This document shows, in pieces, positions 51,870 to 64,000 of a stretch of DNA of 64,000 nt. This stretch comes from Schmidtea polychroa. Taxonomy: Eukaryota. The stretch lies in NCBI GenBank assembly GCA_044892525.1, contig CM097885.1, positions 28,336,001-28,400,000 of the forward strand. The letters are read 5' to 3'. Position 1 is the first letter of the stretch. Each line of letters begins with the position of its first letter. The translations under genes and the position numbers were made by a program. The notes under the pieces were generated by a model. The model made no database searches and was not told the DNA's origin. It saw only the letters and a list, made by a program, of their open reading frames with translations.

Positions 51870-52561
51870 ACAAAATTAATTTAAATAAAAATAAATAATT
51901 AAAAGTATTTAAAAATTAAGACACAAAATTAATTAAATAAAGTAATTCATTAATCGAATTAAAATAATTAAATACTAATATTATTAAAAAGAATATTTAG
52001 GTTTATTAGGGTTATTGCATAATTATACGCGTGTATATCGGTAGTTTACCTGTCAAAGAAGGTTTAGAGAATTCACAGCAATTTCTTAAAGGTTTCTAAA
52101 TTTCATCAATTTCATTGATTATAAACTATCGAAAATATATAAAAAAAATTATTAATTTTATGACTGAGCTTAATTTGCAAATTTAATTTTACAATAAAAA
52201 GATTATTTATTTTATTTGTCAAAGTTTTTGTTCTTTTAAATTAATAATAAGATACTTATTCTACCTGAATTGATTGTGAATTTGTTTTTATTTAAATTTT
52301 GAAACTCGTTGCATATTTTGTCGTTTGAATTATTTTTACAGAAGACAAAAAATAAAGAAATTAATTTTTATTTCAATTATATATTTCTATTAAATTTGAA
52401 AATTCATAGAATTTCATTTTACTATTTCATTGACTATTTGAAAAATATTAATCAGTTCGTACTAATCCGATGATTTATAAAAATTCGAATTTTTCTATTT
52501 ACTTTTGCCATTTTTTGTTACAAATTTTTAGTAAAATTATTTTATTATAATTATTATAATA

Positions 52562-52607
<46 letters not shown>

Positions 52608-52610
52608 TTA

Positions 52611-52710
<100 letters not shown>

Positions 52711-54043
52711 CCCCCACAACATTCCTTATAATCTAGATGAGAGACTGCCTTTCTATTTTCAACTGTACAATACTATCTTCACCTATGCTTATACCACGAT
52801 GAAACTTGTAAATGTACATTTAATTCCAATGAATAAAAGTTTCTATAATCTAAAGAAATCGATAGAATTATGGTATCGTAACACACAAGCTTACATGTGT
52901 GTAAAAATTTAATGTTTTAATTAATAAAAGTTTATATAAAAATCGAGAAAGTGGTGCAAAAATAATTTAGCATACAAGCACAGCACACATAATAAAAAAT
53001 GCATGTAAATTTTTTAGAGGCTTTTTCATTTTAATGAATAAAAGTGATTAACATATAGCTAACATATTATTATTTCCAATTTATCCAAACAACATGGCGG
53101 AAAATATTTGAGAAAATCTTAGTAGAGAAAATGACATAAAAATTTCAAACGATTTATAAAATTATATAGAAATTTAATATTTCTTTAGAATTTCAAATTT
53201 TCAACCAGGTCCTACTACCTTATTTGATTTTGAGGGGGAAAATATTTGGATAGAAACAGAACATGTCAAAATTCGATTAATTGATGTTTTCAAAAATGGC
53301 AAAGATTACTATGAATTTGGAAAATTGCTGAAAATAAGCAAAAAATCGATTGGAACAATAATTTACAGATACATAAACTGGGAGAAATTTACAAAGGAAA
53401 AAGTGGCAGCACGAATGACTTATTGAAATATGTTATATATGCAATGTTATATATGTCAATTATATTTTATATTAGTAATTTACTATAGCAGATTCCAATG
53501 TCTTAGGTTGAAAAAAAGCAAAGAAAATGAATAAAAAAATAGCTCCGCAATTAACCTCGCACTTGGCCCCGCAAATGTTCAAGACGGCGCTGCCCAGTAC
53601 ATATTCATTTTGTACATTGAATGCACTACAATGTTTCGCTTCGCAGTGCCATTTATATTTTTGTAATTTTCATATTTTCCACATGCTTCGCAAATTTTAC
53701 TTTCTTTTCAATCATCCTCTTCATACTTTGTTCATTATGTTTTCATATCAACTCATCTCTTAATAAATAAATATGCAATGAAGAATGAAAATTAAATCAA
53801 AGAAAATAATATTTTTGGTCAATATCATAGTGGCAAAAAATACTTTATCCTAAAAAAAGTTTGGGTAAAAATATTTCAATTAGGATATAATAAATATAAT
53901 AAATGCCTTTAAGTTGATTTTTAAGCTTTAAGACAGTACCGCCAGATCTCCATGTTTTTCTGAGCTTTTCATTAGATATCTTTAGACATTTTGATATATT
54001 TGATATTTGCGTTTTGATAGTTGTTTTGTGTGATATGTGAAGC

Positions 54044-54445
54044 ATTATTGATAAGAACTTTTAATCCTAAAATCAATGTGCAGAATGAAGTGAATACGTG
54101 TGTGTTGAATGTTTTTAATTAAGTTTTTGTATGTTGATGTATATTAATAATAGTTATGTTAAATAATTATAAAACTAATTAAAATAATATTTTTAAATAA
54201 TTTTAAAAGTTTAAATATAATTGATTATTGAAAATTATTTTTTAAAAAATAATTGTTTAAAATTTTTATTTATAATTTAAAATTTATAGATTTTATAATT
54301 TGTTTATATATTATCAATATAGTATAGTTATTTAAGTTATTCGTGAATGTAGGTAACCTGATGATGAAAGTGATGCTATCAAAATATATAGTGAAAAAGA
54401 TGTACGAATGCCGATTTTTATTAATAAAATCTTTACCGTGTTTAT
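54044..54445 (+). mobile_element. PLE 3'-end remnant with decayed hammerhead (54355-54393)
   Basis: AATCCTAAAATCAATGTGCAGAATG matches 51375-51400; CTGATGA...AAAA TATATA GTG (GAAA mutated to AAAA). Confidence 0.7.
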
Positions 54446-55700
54446 TTAAGTATTTACGTTTTGATCTGTCTTGTAGGATGAGATAAATGGATATGTAAAT
54501 TTATATACATTTAGTACATAATTTAATAAAGATTCTATTATTTTTAATTACTCACAGCAGACTTTGAAGGATTTTTATTTGTTATAGACAGTGCTTTTTT
54601 ACTGGAACAAAAGGTGCCGGAAAATATATGTACTATCGTTAATATGCAAAAAAATGACGCTGAAATTAGCAAACAAATAAAATAATTATGCAGGACACAA
54701 AATATACACTTATTACCGGCGACAGAAAACGATTTTAATGACGTATATTAATGGCGTATATTTACCGTGAGCATGTTTTATATAATAGTAATAACACATA
54801 GGAAGCACGGAGTTATGATTCACTCGCTTTGGCATACTGCTACTACTTTTAATTTGATTGTAATTAACTATTTAAAATTGACTATTTAATTTTCTTACGA
54901 TAATGGCGCATTATATTTAGTAGCCCACGGACGCCGAATTTCTTAAGACAGCCCTGTGTATGTTTAACTATTTATTCAAAAATTTTTATTTTGTATGTAT
55001 TATTTAAATATGTTTCATTAATCCTTTTTATTCTTACTTTTGATTGACTTTAATCCTTATTTCACCTTTTTTTATTTTAAGTTGTTATTTGATATATCCG
55101 ACAAGAACAAGGGTTATTTCTTAATTTACACAATGGCTTTTAAACTTTGCAGATATACTTTTAGTAAAAAAAATAGCATTGTACGCTTTGTTGCTTGTTT
55201 CATGGGAAATTGAGTATTGTATTTGGGCGGAATTTATGAGATTGTATTGCGTACTCATTACTCTTTTTCTAGAATTCAAATAATTTAGTGCGTACTTTAG
55301 GTAGCATCACATAAGTAGATAGAATCTTTGTCATTTCATTTTGATAATTAATAAAATGTCATTCCAAATCATGTTCATAACCATTTTAACGCTGCAGTCT
55401 TAATTCATCTAAATTATCATATGGGTGTCGCAAATGTTTCCCGAATTCTAGCATGTACATGTGTGCACACACCAATGAGATAGATAATTGGACTTGTTGA
55501 TTGGTTCGCCGATTAATTTCAATGCTATTGGATTAACTTTAGAAAATATGCGATTATTAAAAACAATTAAAAAGATCTTCATAAATAATTAAATTTTTTA
55601 TAAATCTAAGACAGATGTGTTAAATGAAATTGGTTTTTTCTTTATCAAAAAAAAGATTTCACTTCATTCCCACTCAACGAGTATTTCCAATTTCCAATTA

Positions 55701-56510
55701 TTAAATAGACACAGGGCTGAAATGCATCAATCGACTAATTTTTATACGATTTGTCTGGGAATCGGGTTTTCTCCAAAAGAAAAATCTTTGAAATTCATTT
55801 CGAAAATTCTCATTCAACCAACTATATAAAATGGGATTAGTGCAAGCCGAACTCAAAACCAATAAAAGACATACAGCCTGAGTTATTGTAACGGTTTGCG
55901 TATAACTAACAGTGGACTGGGTTGCCGTTGCGCTGTAATACGATGTGACATTTTCCATATCTTTATTGTAATAATACAACTGAAAATCCATGGCCATATT
56001 GTTGATATTCAATGGCAACCAACTCAAAGTAAATACTACCGCGATACTGAATAACAAAATGTTTACTTTTCGTTGGCGGCTGATTTCAACTGAATGTTTT
56101 TGCTCTTTTAATAAACTGAAAGAACTGAATTGAGATAAATTTTTAGAATCTTGAAGTAGATTTGATTGCGTTGCATGATTTGTACTGGCACATTCCTGTT
56201 TTGGATTGTTTGAATGTTTCCTGATTCGACTTTCCATTCTTTTATATATTTTTGTGTACACGGTTAGCAAAATAATTAACGGCAAAAGATATTGAAACAA
56301 CATTCCGAACACAGAATAAACTAATTTCATTTCACGGAAGAATTGTTTGCTAGACAATTCTGTGCATTCATATCGAATCGAATGAACGGAATCCACATGA
56401 GAGAAAATTGCCAAAGGACTTGCTAGAATAAACGCAAAGAACCATATCAGGATTATTACTCCCGTGGCGCCACGGTTGTCCAATGCTGTTTTTGTAGGAT
56501 ACATTATTAC
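55701..56510 (-). CDS. Terminal exon (end of TM3 to C-terminus) of a rhodopsin-class neuropeptide Y/F receptor-like GPCR
   Basis: Acceptor TTTATTTCAG|GTAATAATG; VIMYP, IW...LASPL, C.E, QYLLPL, FTLSWLPLN, SSACTNPILYSWLNENFR motifs; TM1-3 exon not found in the window. Confidence 0.9.
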   Translation of the reverse strand, partial: VIMYPTKTALDNRGATGVIILIWFFAFILASPLAIFSHVDSVHSIRYECTELSSKQFFREMKLVYSVFGMLFQYLLPLIILLTVYTKIYKRMESRIRKHSNNPKQECASTNHATQSNLLQDSKNLSQFSSFSLLKEQKHSVEISRQRKVNILLFSIAVVFTLSWLPLNINNMAMDFQLYYYNKDMENVTSYYSATATQSTVSYTQTVTITQAVCLLLVLSSACTNPILYSWLNENFRNEFQRFFFWRKPDSQTNRIKISRLMHFSPVSI

Positions 56511-57354
56511 CTGAAATAAAACGAAAATAAAAGATGTTCCAGATTTGCTTTTAATAAACTAAAGAAAAATTAAACATGTTTTCATTTAAAAAAAATTTGT
56601 TTTATTTATCTTCATTTCTTTAATGGACTATCGATCAATATTTTGATTAATATTTTATATAAAATTCGTTTTAAACATAAAAAATATCTATAGTCAAAAA
56701 AGATAAAGGAACTCAAAATAAAAATCTATGGTTAAAAACAATGAAAATGAAGATTATTGATAATAATAGTTTAATTTATTATTTTAATTACTTTTAAATC
56801 ATTTTAAAAATACCAAATAAATAATAGGTTTATAAATATTTATTTTAAGTTATTTATCAAAATTATTATTTTCAAAATATTTGACAGCAGATTTTTACAC
56901 ACAATTTTTATTTATTTATTCGATCAATACTGGCGAAGTACGGTGTGTTGAAAGAGTATGGACGTAATCAACACAAGTTAGTGACTTGAGATTTCGATTC
57001 ATTATTCTTGACACGACAGTAATTTAAAAGGTTACCCGATAATTTCAAGCTAAGAGTTAAACTTACTGTTCCTGCTATTGTAGCGCGTATTTGACCCTTT
57101 ACATCTAATGACATCTCATACTGGTTATAGCTCAATTTCATTTCGCTGAAAGCTATTTTATTCCTCTAATAATACAAATATTCCATTTAGGATGTTATAG
57201 TCACGTTTGTTAACAGAATTAACCCGATAAATACGTCTATTAACTAAGAACATCCATGTAATTAATGTTTAAAAAGGAATATATAATTTAAAGTTATTTA
57301 TTTGAAAAACGCCAACTAAGTATACTATATATTATATATATTATATAGTATATA

Positions 57355-57870
57355 ACATTGCTAAATTGATAAGCGAGTTCTGAACACAGACCAACTGGAG
57401 TTGGAGTCTTATTAGTTAACATGCTACCAATCTTGCAAGACATTGAAATAATCCTAAATATAGTCTAATCTAAATATTTAAGGATCTTATGTTTAAATTC
57501 TTTGACACCCTCAGAATAAGGCAATACAAAAGCGTATTTTTGATCCATGTGCTTAGATCTAATTTTCAACCTTCCGAACTTGACAACATTTTAACTTTAA
57601 CATCAATCAACCTGTGCAAGAATCATCAGTATTCAATATCCATTTATCAACGCTTTCTTTTATCGTGCGCTCAAGAAAGGATTTATATTATTCATTTTTA
57701 AGTAGCAACACAACCAGAGAATCAATACTTTTCACTAAATCGATAAACATGAATGATAAAACCAAAAATAATCCTCGTACCATATTTCGCTTGTATTTAT
57801 ATTCACAAAAGCTCTCAGGAGTAGTATAAAGACCAGCATCAGTCGCTTTTCGTATATTTCAGTCTAATTG
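57355..57870 (-). mobile_element. PLE remnant related to 50527-51768, inside the presumed GPCR intron
   Basis: Minus strand GLYTTPESFCEYKYKRNMVRGL, FVLPYSEG, TPVGLCSELAYQF parallel the 50587-51315 ORFs. Confidence 0.8.
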
Positions 57871-58692
57871 TCTTTTGATTGAAAAAGCTATTTATTTAAA
57901 CTGGATATTCTTAAAGCTTTATGTGAAAAAATCATTCAATCCAACAAAGAGACATCAATAAAGAAAAATCTTAAAAAAATCTAAAAGGCAGTTAGAAGTA
58001 GTCACACCACACCAAAGGAAAAGAACGTAGATCACATTATCCCAATCAACATTATTTCCTCAATACAGTTTACTACCCCTCCCTATAACTTATTTAAATA
58101 TTTCATTTAAATCTTAAAAAATAATTTAAGTCATTGGTCAACCGAGAAAGTAATCACGCCTCCTGCCAATTGTTACGGGCTTATTCACTAATAAATCCCA
58201 CTATTATCTTTAAAATTATAAATAAAAGCATGAAAAGTAATAAAATAAAAATAGAACTTCTCATTTTTGAAAGTAAATAAGTCTTTCTATATTTTTATCA
58301 TAAACAATTTCAAATGATTGAAATGTCGACAAGTTTTGCTTCACAAAATATTTCAGTACAATAAACTTTTGAATATCTTATGAAAAGGGAAATTATTTCA
58401 TTTTATTTCCTCTAACCTTCAAAAGAAATTCTGTCTGGTTAAAAATTAATCTAAGAAAAACGGTAATCATCTAATTGAGGTTTAGGAAATGTAAATGTTT
58501 AAACATTTTCAAAGTTTCAGTATAAATTTTTATATTTAATTCATTAGACTATTTTCTGTTTCTTTCTTTTGTATTTTTCAAATTTTATTTCCATTTCAAT
58601 AATTTTATTTGAAACATTTATGCCGTATAATAATTGAGTGAAGGAAACATTATTTTGAAAATCATTCATATTTTACATAGTTTCTTCAACAG

Positions 58693-58760
58693 ATTTTGTG
58701 AATATAAAAAAAAACATCGATATATTTACTGATTCATAGTCAATTTCTTAATCAATTGAA

Positions 58761-58796
<36 letters not shown>

Positions 58797-58980
58797 TTTT
58801 TAATAATTGAAAAGAAATCAGTGGTGAAAATTGGAAAAAGTACATATAATATATATTGTATTTATTAAAAAAGCTTAAAGACTATGAATCAGTAAATATA
58901 TTGATGTTTTTGATATTCACGAATTTTCGGATTTGCCTTTTTCCAGTGAATTGAAAAGAAAAATTGGAAAAAAAGTTCTT
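58693..58980. repeat. Cluster of family B pseudo-LTR pieces in both orientations around (AAT)n, with decayed hammerhead 58917-58949 (-)
   Basis: CATCGATATATTTACTGATTCATAGTCAA (+), AATTGAAAAGAAATCAGTGGTGAAA (+), GACTATGAATCAGTAAATAT...TTCACGAATTTTCGG (-). Confidence 0.75.
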
Positions 58981-59149
58981 AACTTATCTTATGACTTACA
59001 ACTACCAAGAATTCCAATTCTAAATCCACATTGCAATGTGATATGGCTTTCATTCTGATTTTTTATAAGGGCCATGAAGTAGTCATAAATATCATGATAG
59101 TTTTTGAACAATAGCATGCAAAGCATCACTTAAAGCACCAAAAGATTTT

Positions 59150-61036
59150 TCAGGTTCGTTGTTTTTTTAACCATGAACTCGAACCCTGTTGAACCCAGAA
59201 ACTCATGCAGGTTCGGATTCATAAATTTAAAAAAATTATTCTGTGAAACATCCCATGAAACATCCTGAATTATATAAGGAAGCTCAAAATCAGCCTTCAG
59301 CAGGTAAAATCAGTCAGATTTCCAATAAAAGAGCCAGAGCAGAAGAAAATACACTTGAACAGTATTTGAATGTAATCAAAATGTGCAAAAAAAGTTTTAT
59401 TGATTCATGCTTAAAGTTAGTAACCGTTAATGGCCGCCCTTTCACAATTTTTGAGGATTCTGGCATGAAAGAAATAATTGATTCGATTATGAGTGCACTA
59501 AAAATATCAGTTAATAGCCATAATGTAGTTGATCCTGTTAACGACAAAGCAATGGAAATGAGAAATAAAATTAAATTGGAAATGTCAAAAAAAATAATTT
59601 CAATCAAAATTGATTCTGGTTCTCGCCTTGGAAGATGTATTGTAGGAATAAATACTCAATATATTTTGACGGAAAAATAAAGCTACGAACTTTGGACATG
59701 CATGAGGCCCAAAATAGCCAAACATAAAAAATCTTATCATCAGTGTTCTTGATTCTTATGGCATCAAATTGCATCAAGTTTATTCAATTACGTCAGATAA
59801 TGGGAAAATATGATTAAAGCTGCTGAATTATTGAAAGACGATTATGAAAACTTTGAAACGGAAGATGAATTTCACATAGCTGAAGAAAATGCTTTACTAA
59901 TATTGAACAAGAAGGAGCAGAAACATTAGCAAATTCGTACCCAAATATTATTCATTTCAAGTGTGTTGCTCATAGTGTACAGTTGGCAGTGCTCGATACG
60001 ATATCTAGTCCTGCTTTTAAGAAAATACTAGATGAATGCAGAGCTATTTGCAAAAAATTACGAACACCAAATATTTCTTCTTTAGCTAAGAAGCTAAACA
60101 TGAAAAATAGCCATACTAGACTGTCCAACTAGGTGAAATTCGACGTATGACATGATAAAAGTCCTTTTGGAATGCAAATATTTTTATTCGGATTTAATGA
60201 ATGTTGAATTAACTATGAATGATAGTATTTGGAATATTTGTGAAGAATTTGTTGAAGTTTTTGCACCTGTTAAAAAATTAACACTTAAACTACAAGAAGA
60301 TCAGATGAATTTAGGTGATTTTTATGGAGTCTGGCTGAGTTTTAAATTAGAGCTGACAAAAAATGATCAAACAAAAAAATTATCCAAAGAATTAAATTAG
60401 AATAGAAAAAAACTTTATTAATAATCCACTTTTGATTGCAGCAGTATATCTAGATAGCAGATTTAGATTAATGCTAAGTCCTGAAGACGTTTCCAATAGT
60501 AAGAGGCAAATTTTAAAAACAATAAAAAATTTCAAAAATTTACAAATGGAGAGAGAAGAAGATAATTTTATTACAACAGAAAATTTTAGTTCTTCAGAAG
60601 AAGAAGAGGAAATTCTTGAACAAATTTTAAAGAAGAAAGAAAAGTTTTTTCAAATTAATTCGGAAAATATAAATTTCACATCTTCCATTAATAGTTCAAT
60701 TAAAAATGAGATGGAAATATACGAAAGTTATACAAGGCTGGCAAAACAAAAAAGTATTTTAGAATTTTGGGAGCAACATACTTTACTATATCAGTTGGCC
60801 CAAATAATATTTGCAGTCCCTGTTACACTAGTTAGCGTAGAGAGGGCTTGTTCAGCTTTAAAATGTATACTATCACCACAACGAGCAAATCTAAAAAATA
60901 TTTTAACTGTTAAATTAAATGAAAAATTTTTGAAAAATAAATAAAAGATTGTGCTTTTTTTTCTAAATTTTGAACCCGAACTTTTTATTTTGATTAACCC
61001 GAACCAGAACCCAATTTTTCCGGGTTTCAGTCTCTG
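59150..61036 (+). mobile_element. Degenerate hAT (Ac/ZBED-like) transposon
   Basis: GRPF, TSDNG, CVAHSVQLAV, CPTR*NSTYDM, AVYLD.RF, PVT.VSVER motifs; GAACCC subterminal repeats; right terminus GTTTCAGTCTCTG. Confidence 0.85.
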
Positions 61037-62014
61037 ATTTTGCAGAAATGAAACTGGTTAACAATATTTCCCAGTTGCTATTGAATAAAAACTTTCCAAC
61101 CCGCTGTTTGTTTTATTATTTAGACATCAAATCCGACACCTTTTTCTTACAGTAACTATTAATATGTGATTTGTTTCAAAATAATTAAATTTTAATGAGC
61201 TAAACTGACAAATGGAATTTGTATAAATTTTTAAACAAATTTTAAGAAAATAATTTATAAAAAAAATAAAATATTCATGACTTATTTCTACAAATATTTT
61301 AATTTTTCAGCCCAGTATTTTTTGTTATACTAATATTCAATTTTTACCATTTCATTTTATTTTACTTTAGACCTGGTGTGCATAATTATCCACATCATCT
61401 TCATTATTTTTTTAGAGAACTAGAATCAATATTTTTTAATCACGCTTCGATTATTTAATACTGGCAATATTTATAAGTGTAATATAAGTTTTGGTTAGCG
61501 TTTGTGAAGTTGCTTGTGAAATACTCCATAATTAAATCATCATTGTCGAGCAATTTTCAAAAGTACAAGGTTAGTATTATTTAATTTACTTTTACACAGA
61601 AAATGTAATTAAAATTAAAATATTTATAATCACTAATGTTGATATAAATCACATTTGATCAGCCATGAGTATTTTCCTAACTTATTCAAAAATTAACAAT
61701 ACAATCGATTAAAAAACTATGCACATCATTTTATTAATAATAAATTTAAGAATAAAAATAATTATTTTGGTTTTCTTTGAGCCTAATTGAACTCAAATAT
61801 ATTAAAAAAATTTTATTTTATCTCAAGCAAAAATGAATCAGGTCTAGCCTCCCCAAATAAATTATAGATTATTAAATATAAATTAGGGATGAAATATTTT
61901 AATAAAACCTTTAATTTGGTTAGGTTATGAGAATTGTATGAGAATAAAAAAAATGTATATTTTTAGAGAATTTTTTTCAAATTCAGGACAGTACTACTAT
62001 ACTCGTGCTAGCTA

Positions 62015-63177
62015 TTCAAGAACAAATAAGTATTTTCATCCCTGAAAGAAAAAAAGTGGGTTTAAAAAATGTGAGCCCAACGCTATGGATAGACCGCCAC
62101 AATTCTGCAGAGATTATGATAGAACTTATGGAGCCAGTCATACATTCTTTGGAAATAATTGCAGAATGGTTAGACAGAGATTCATCTATAGTAGGAAAAA
62201 TGTAGTCAAACTTGTAGTCTTAGAAGACATTTTCAGCCTTACGATAGGTCTATGTAAGGCATTGCAATCGACAAAAATTGAAATATGCAGAAGTTTGCAT
62301 CAACCTGCTTCAAGAAAAAGGAAAAAATTGTGAAAATGTGTTTTCTGCACTATTTAGAGACGCAAATTTATTAGCTAATAAAGTATCTGAAACATACATT
62401 GATGTACCACTAGTGAAAAAGAGACAAATGCATCGATGTAATGTTCCAACTATAAATTCAGAAGAATATTTTCGCATATCATGTTATATAACTTTTTTAG
62501 ATCAAACCCGACTAAGTCAAATGTATGATAGATTTGTAACTCACAAACATATATTAGAATCTTTTCTCTACCTAATTCCATCGGATGCCAAACTAAAGAA
62601 AATGGACGAAGAACTTCAAAATTGTAAGAACCTAATTGACTTCTATCAAAAAGATATTGATTGTAACAAAAAAACTCTTGAATATGAGTTTAAGCTGTGA
62701 TACAAAAAATTTGAAGAAATTAAAATCAAACCGACTGCTGCTATAGCTACACATTAGCAATATGTGATCCAATTTTTTATAAAAATATTTATATTCTTCT
62801 CACAATATTTGCTACTTTCCCGGTATCAACATCTACAACAGAGCGTTCTTTTTCATCACTTAAATGCCTGAAGTCATATTTAAGAAATAACATGCATGAA
62901 AAAAGGTTAAACGGTTTGGCTTTGTTATATATTCATTTAGACATTAAAACAAGTCCCGATGAAATACTTTCTGAATTAATGAAGATCAAAGACGAATTAA
63001 TATTATATTGTAATATGTTCTATGTAATATACATTGTTAATAATTAATAATAAATTTGTTAATTATCTTAAAATATTTTTTCTATTTTTCCATGTCAACT
63101 TTTAACATTGCTCGATTAATTGCAATTATAAATAATTTTGAGCCCCTCCCCAAGCTGAAATCCTGGCTACGTCTCTG
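62015..63177 (+). mobile_element. Degenerate hAT (Blackjack/Tip100, PRKRIR-like) transposon, 3' part
   Basis: PTLWIDR (PTRW), EEYFR, PVSTSTTERSFSSLK.LKSYLRN.M.E.RLNGLALL.IH; terminus CTGGCTACGTCTCTG. Confidence 0.85.
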
Positions 63178-63599
63178 GTTAAAATAATATCTAAATTATT
63201 TAAATTGAAAATAAATTAATATTTCGACTCTTTTAAGAACTCATTAATGATAAACTATGTGAATAAACTCAAATAATTTCATATATTTTTGTTTTTATAT
63301 TGCGCCATCTATGAAAACCCAACTTGTTTATCTGGGTTAAATGAGATATTCGCGTGGAGGTAAAAACAATCAAATTACGTGTTTTTCCTTGACAAATGTA
63401 AGAAATTTTCTGGCTGGAATTTTTAAATACAATACACTTTTACTTGTTGTGATATTTTACAAATAATTTAAATAAAATTAAACAATTCATAATCTTTTCG
63501 GCAATTCTTTAAAAAAAATATATGAAATAAATTTATGAATTCTGAAACTCTTTTATGTGGTTACAATATGGAAGTTTATATCAATATCTCTGATCGTTT

Positions 63600-64000
63600 G
63601 CATAGTTAAATGAATTATTTCGCTTGTGCTCTAGAAAAGATGTGTCTATCCGGTTAGAAAGTTGAGAAGTTAATGCTCATGCATTACCCAAAGAAGAATC
63701 ATGTTCTTCATTGGTGACTACCTAAACTTTATTTTTAACTAGGTAAGTTATTAAGTTTTTTTTTTCATAGAACGATTGCTAGTGGGCAAAAAAGGACCCT
63801 CGCTGTTTTGAAAATACTTAGAACCGAGATTTATTATTTCTATTCTCAACGCATCAGTTACAATTGCCTTTCCCGATTCTTCACTAAACTTAAGAAAACT
63901 GATGTAGTGTTCTTCAATCGCTCTAGATATGGAATTTTTTATATTTTCTGCGTCTTTGGACATCAAGTCTTTATTTACTTCAACGTCATCAGTATCTATT
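63600..64000 (-). pseudogene. ZMYM1/TTF-type hAT transposase N-terminal remnant (runs off the window)
   Basis: LR.EII..G.KYFQN..GPF segment resembling hAT-derived ZMYM1-like proteins. Confidence 0.5.

Noticed and set aside
53200..54960. Tc1-like HTH trace and isolated hAT-like termini (~53590, 54589, 54956)
   Set aside because: Fragments are too short and unpaired, with no TSD, to define elements.

Overview
Very AT-rich eukaryotic DNA with many (AAT)n and (TA)n microsatellites. It resembles a planarian/flatworm genome, but that is inference from composition and repeat content only. The only clear host gene is the terminal exon of a neuropeptide-Y-receptor-like GPCR (minus strand, 55701-56510). 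The rest is mostly transposons: a full-length Ty3/Gypsy element with apparently identical 219-bp LTRs and a nested hAT MITE, solo LTRs, a BEL/Pao gag remnant, several hAT remnants, three piggyBac elements, an intact Merlin transposase ORF, pogo/MULE MITEs, a mariner remnant, an RLE-type non-LTR element, Penelope-like (PLE) remnants and a possible Polinton-like region with RING ORFs. The most notable signal is non-coding. A ~320-bp dispersed repeat (3 copies) joins the 5' end of U1 snRNA (ATACTTACCTGGCG) to a GAAA hairpin and a minimal type I hammerhead ribozyme, i.e. a candidate U1-headed retrozyme. A second repeat family carries a U3:A8-variant hammerhead and brackets a captured RACK1 fragment in PLE-like inverted architecture. 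Other stranded host-gene fragments (eIF3L, a WD40 gene inside a piggyBac) are also present. All alignments and folds were done by eye; no database searches were run.
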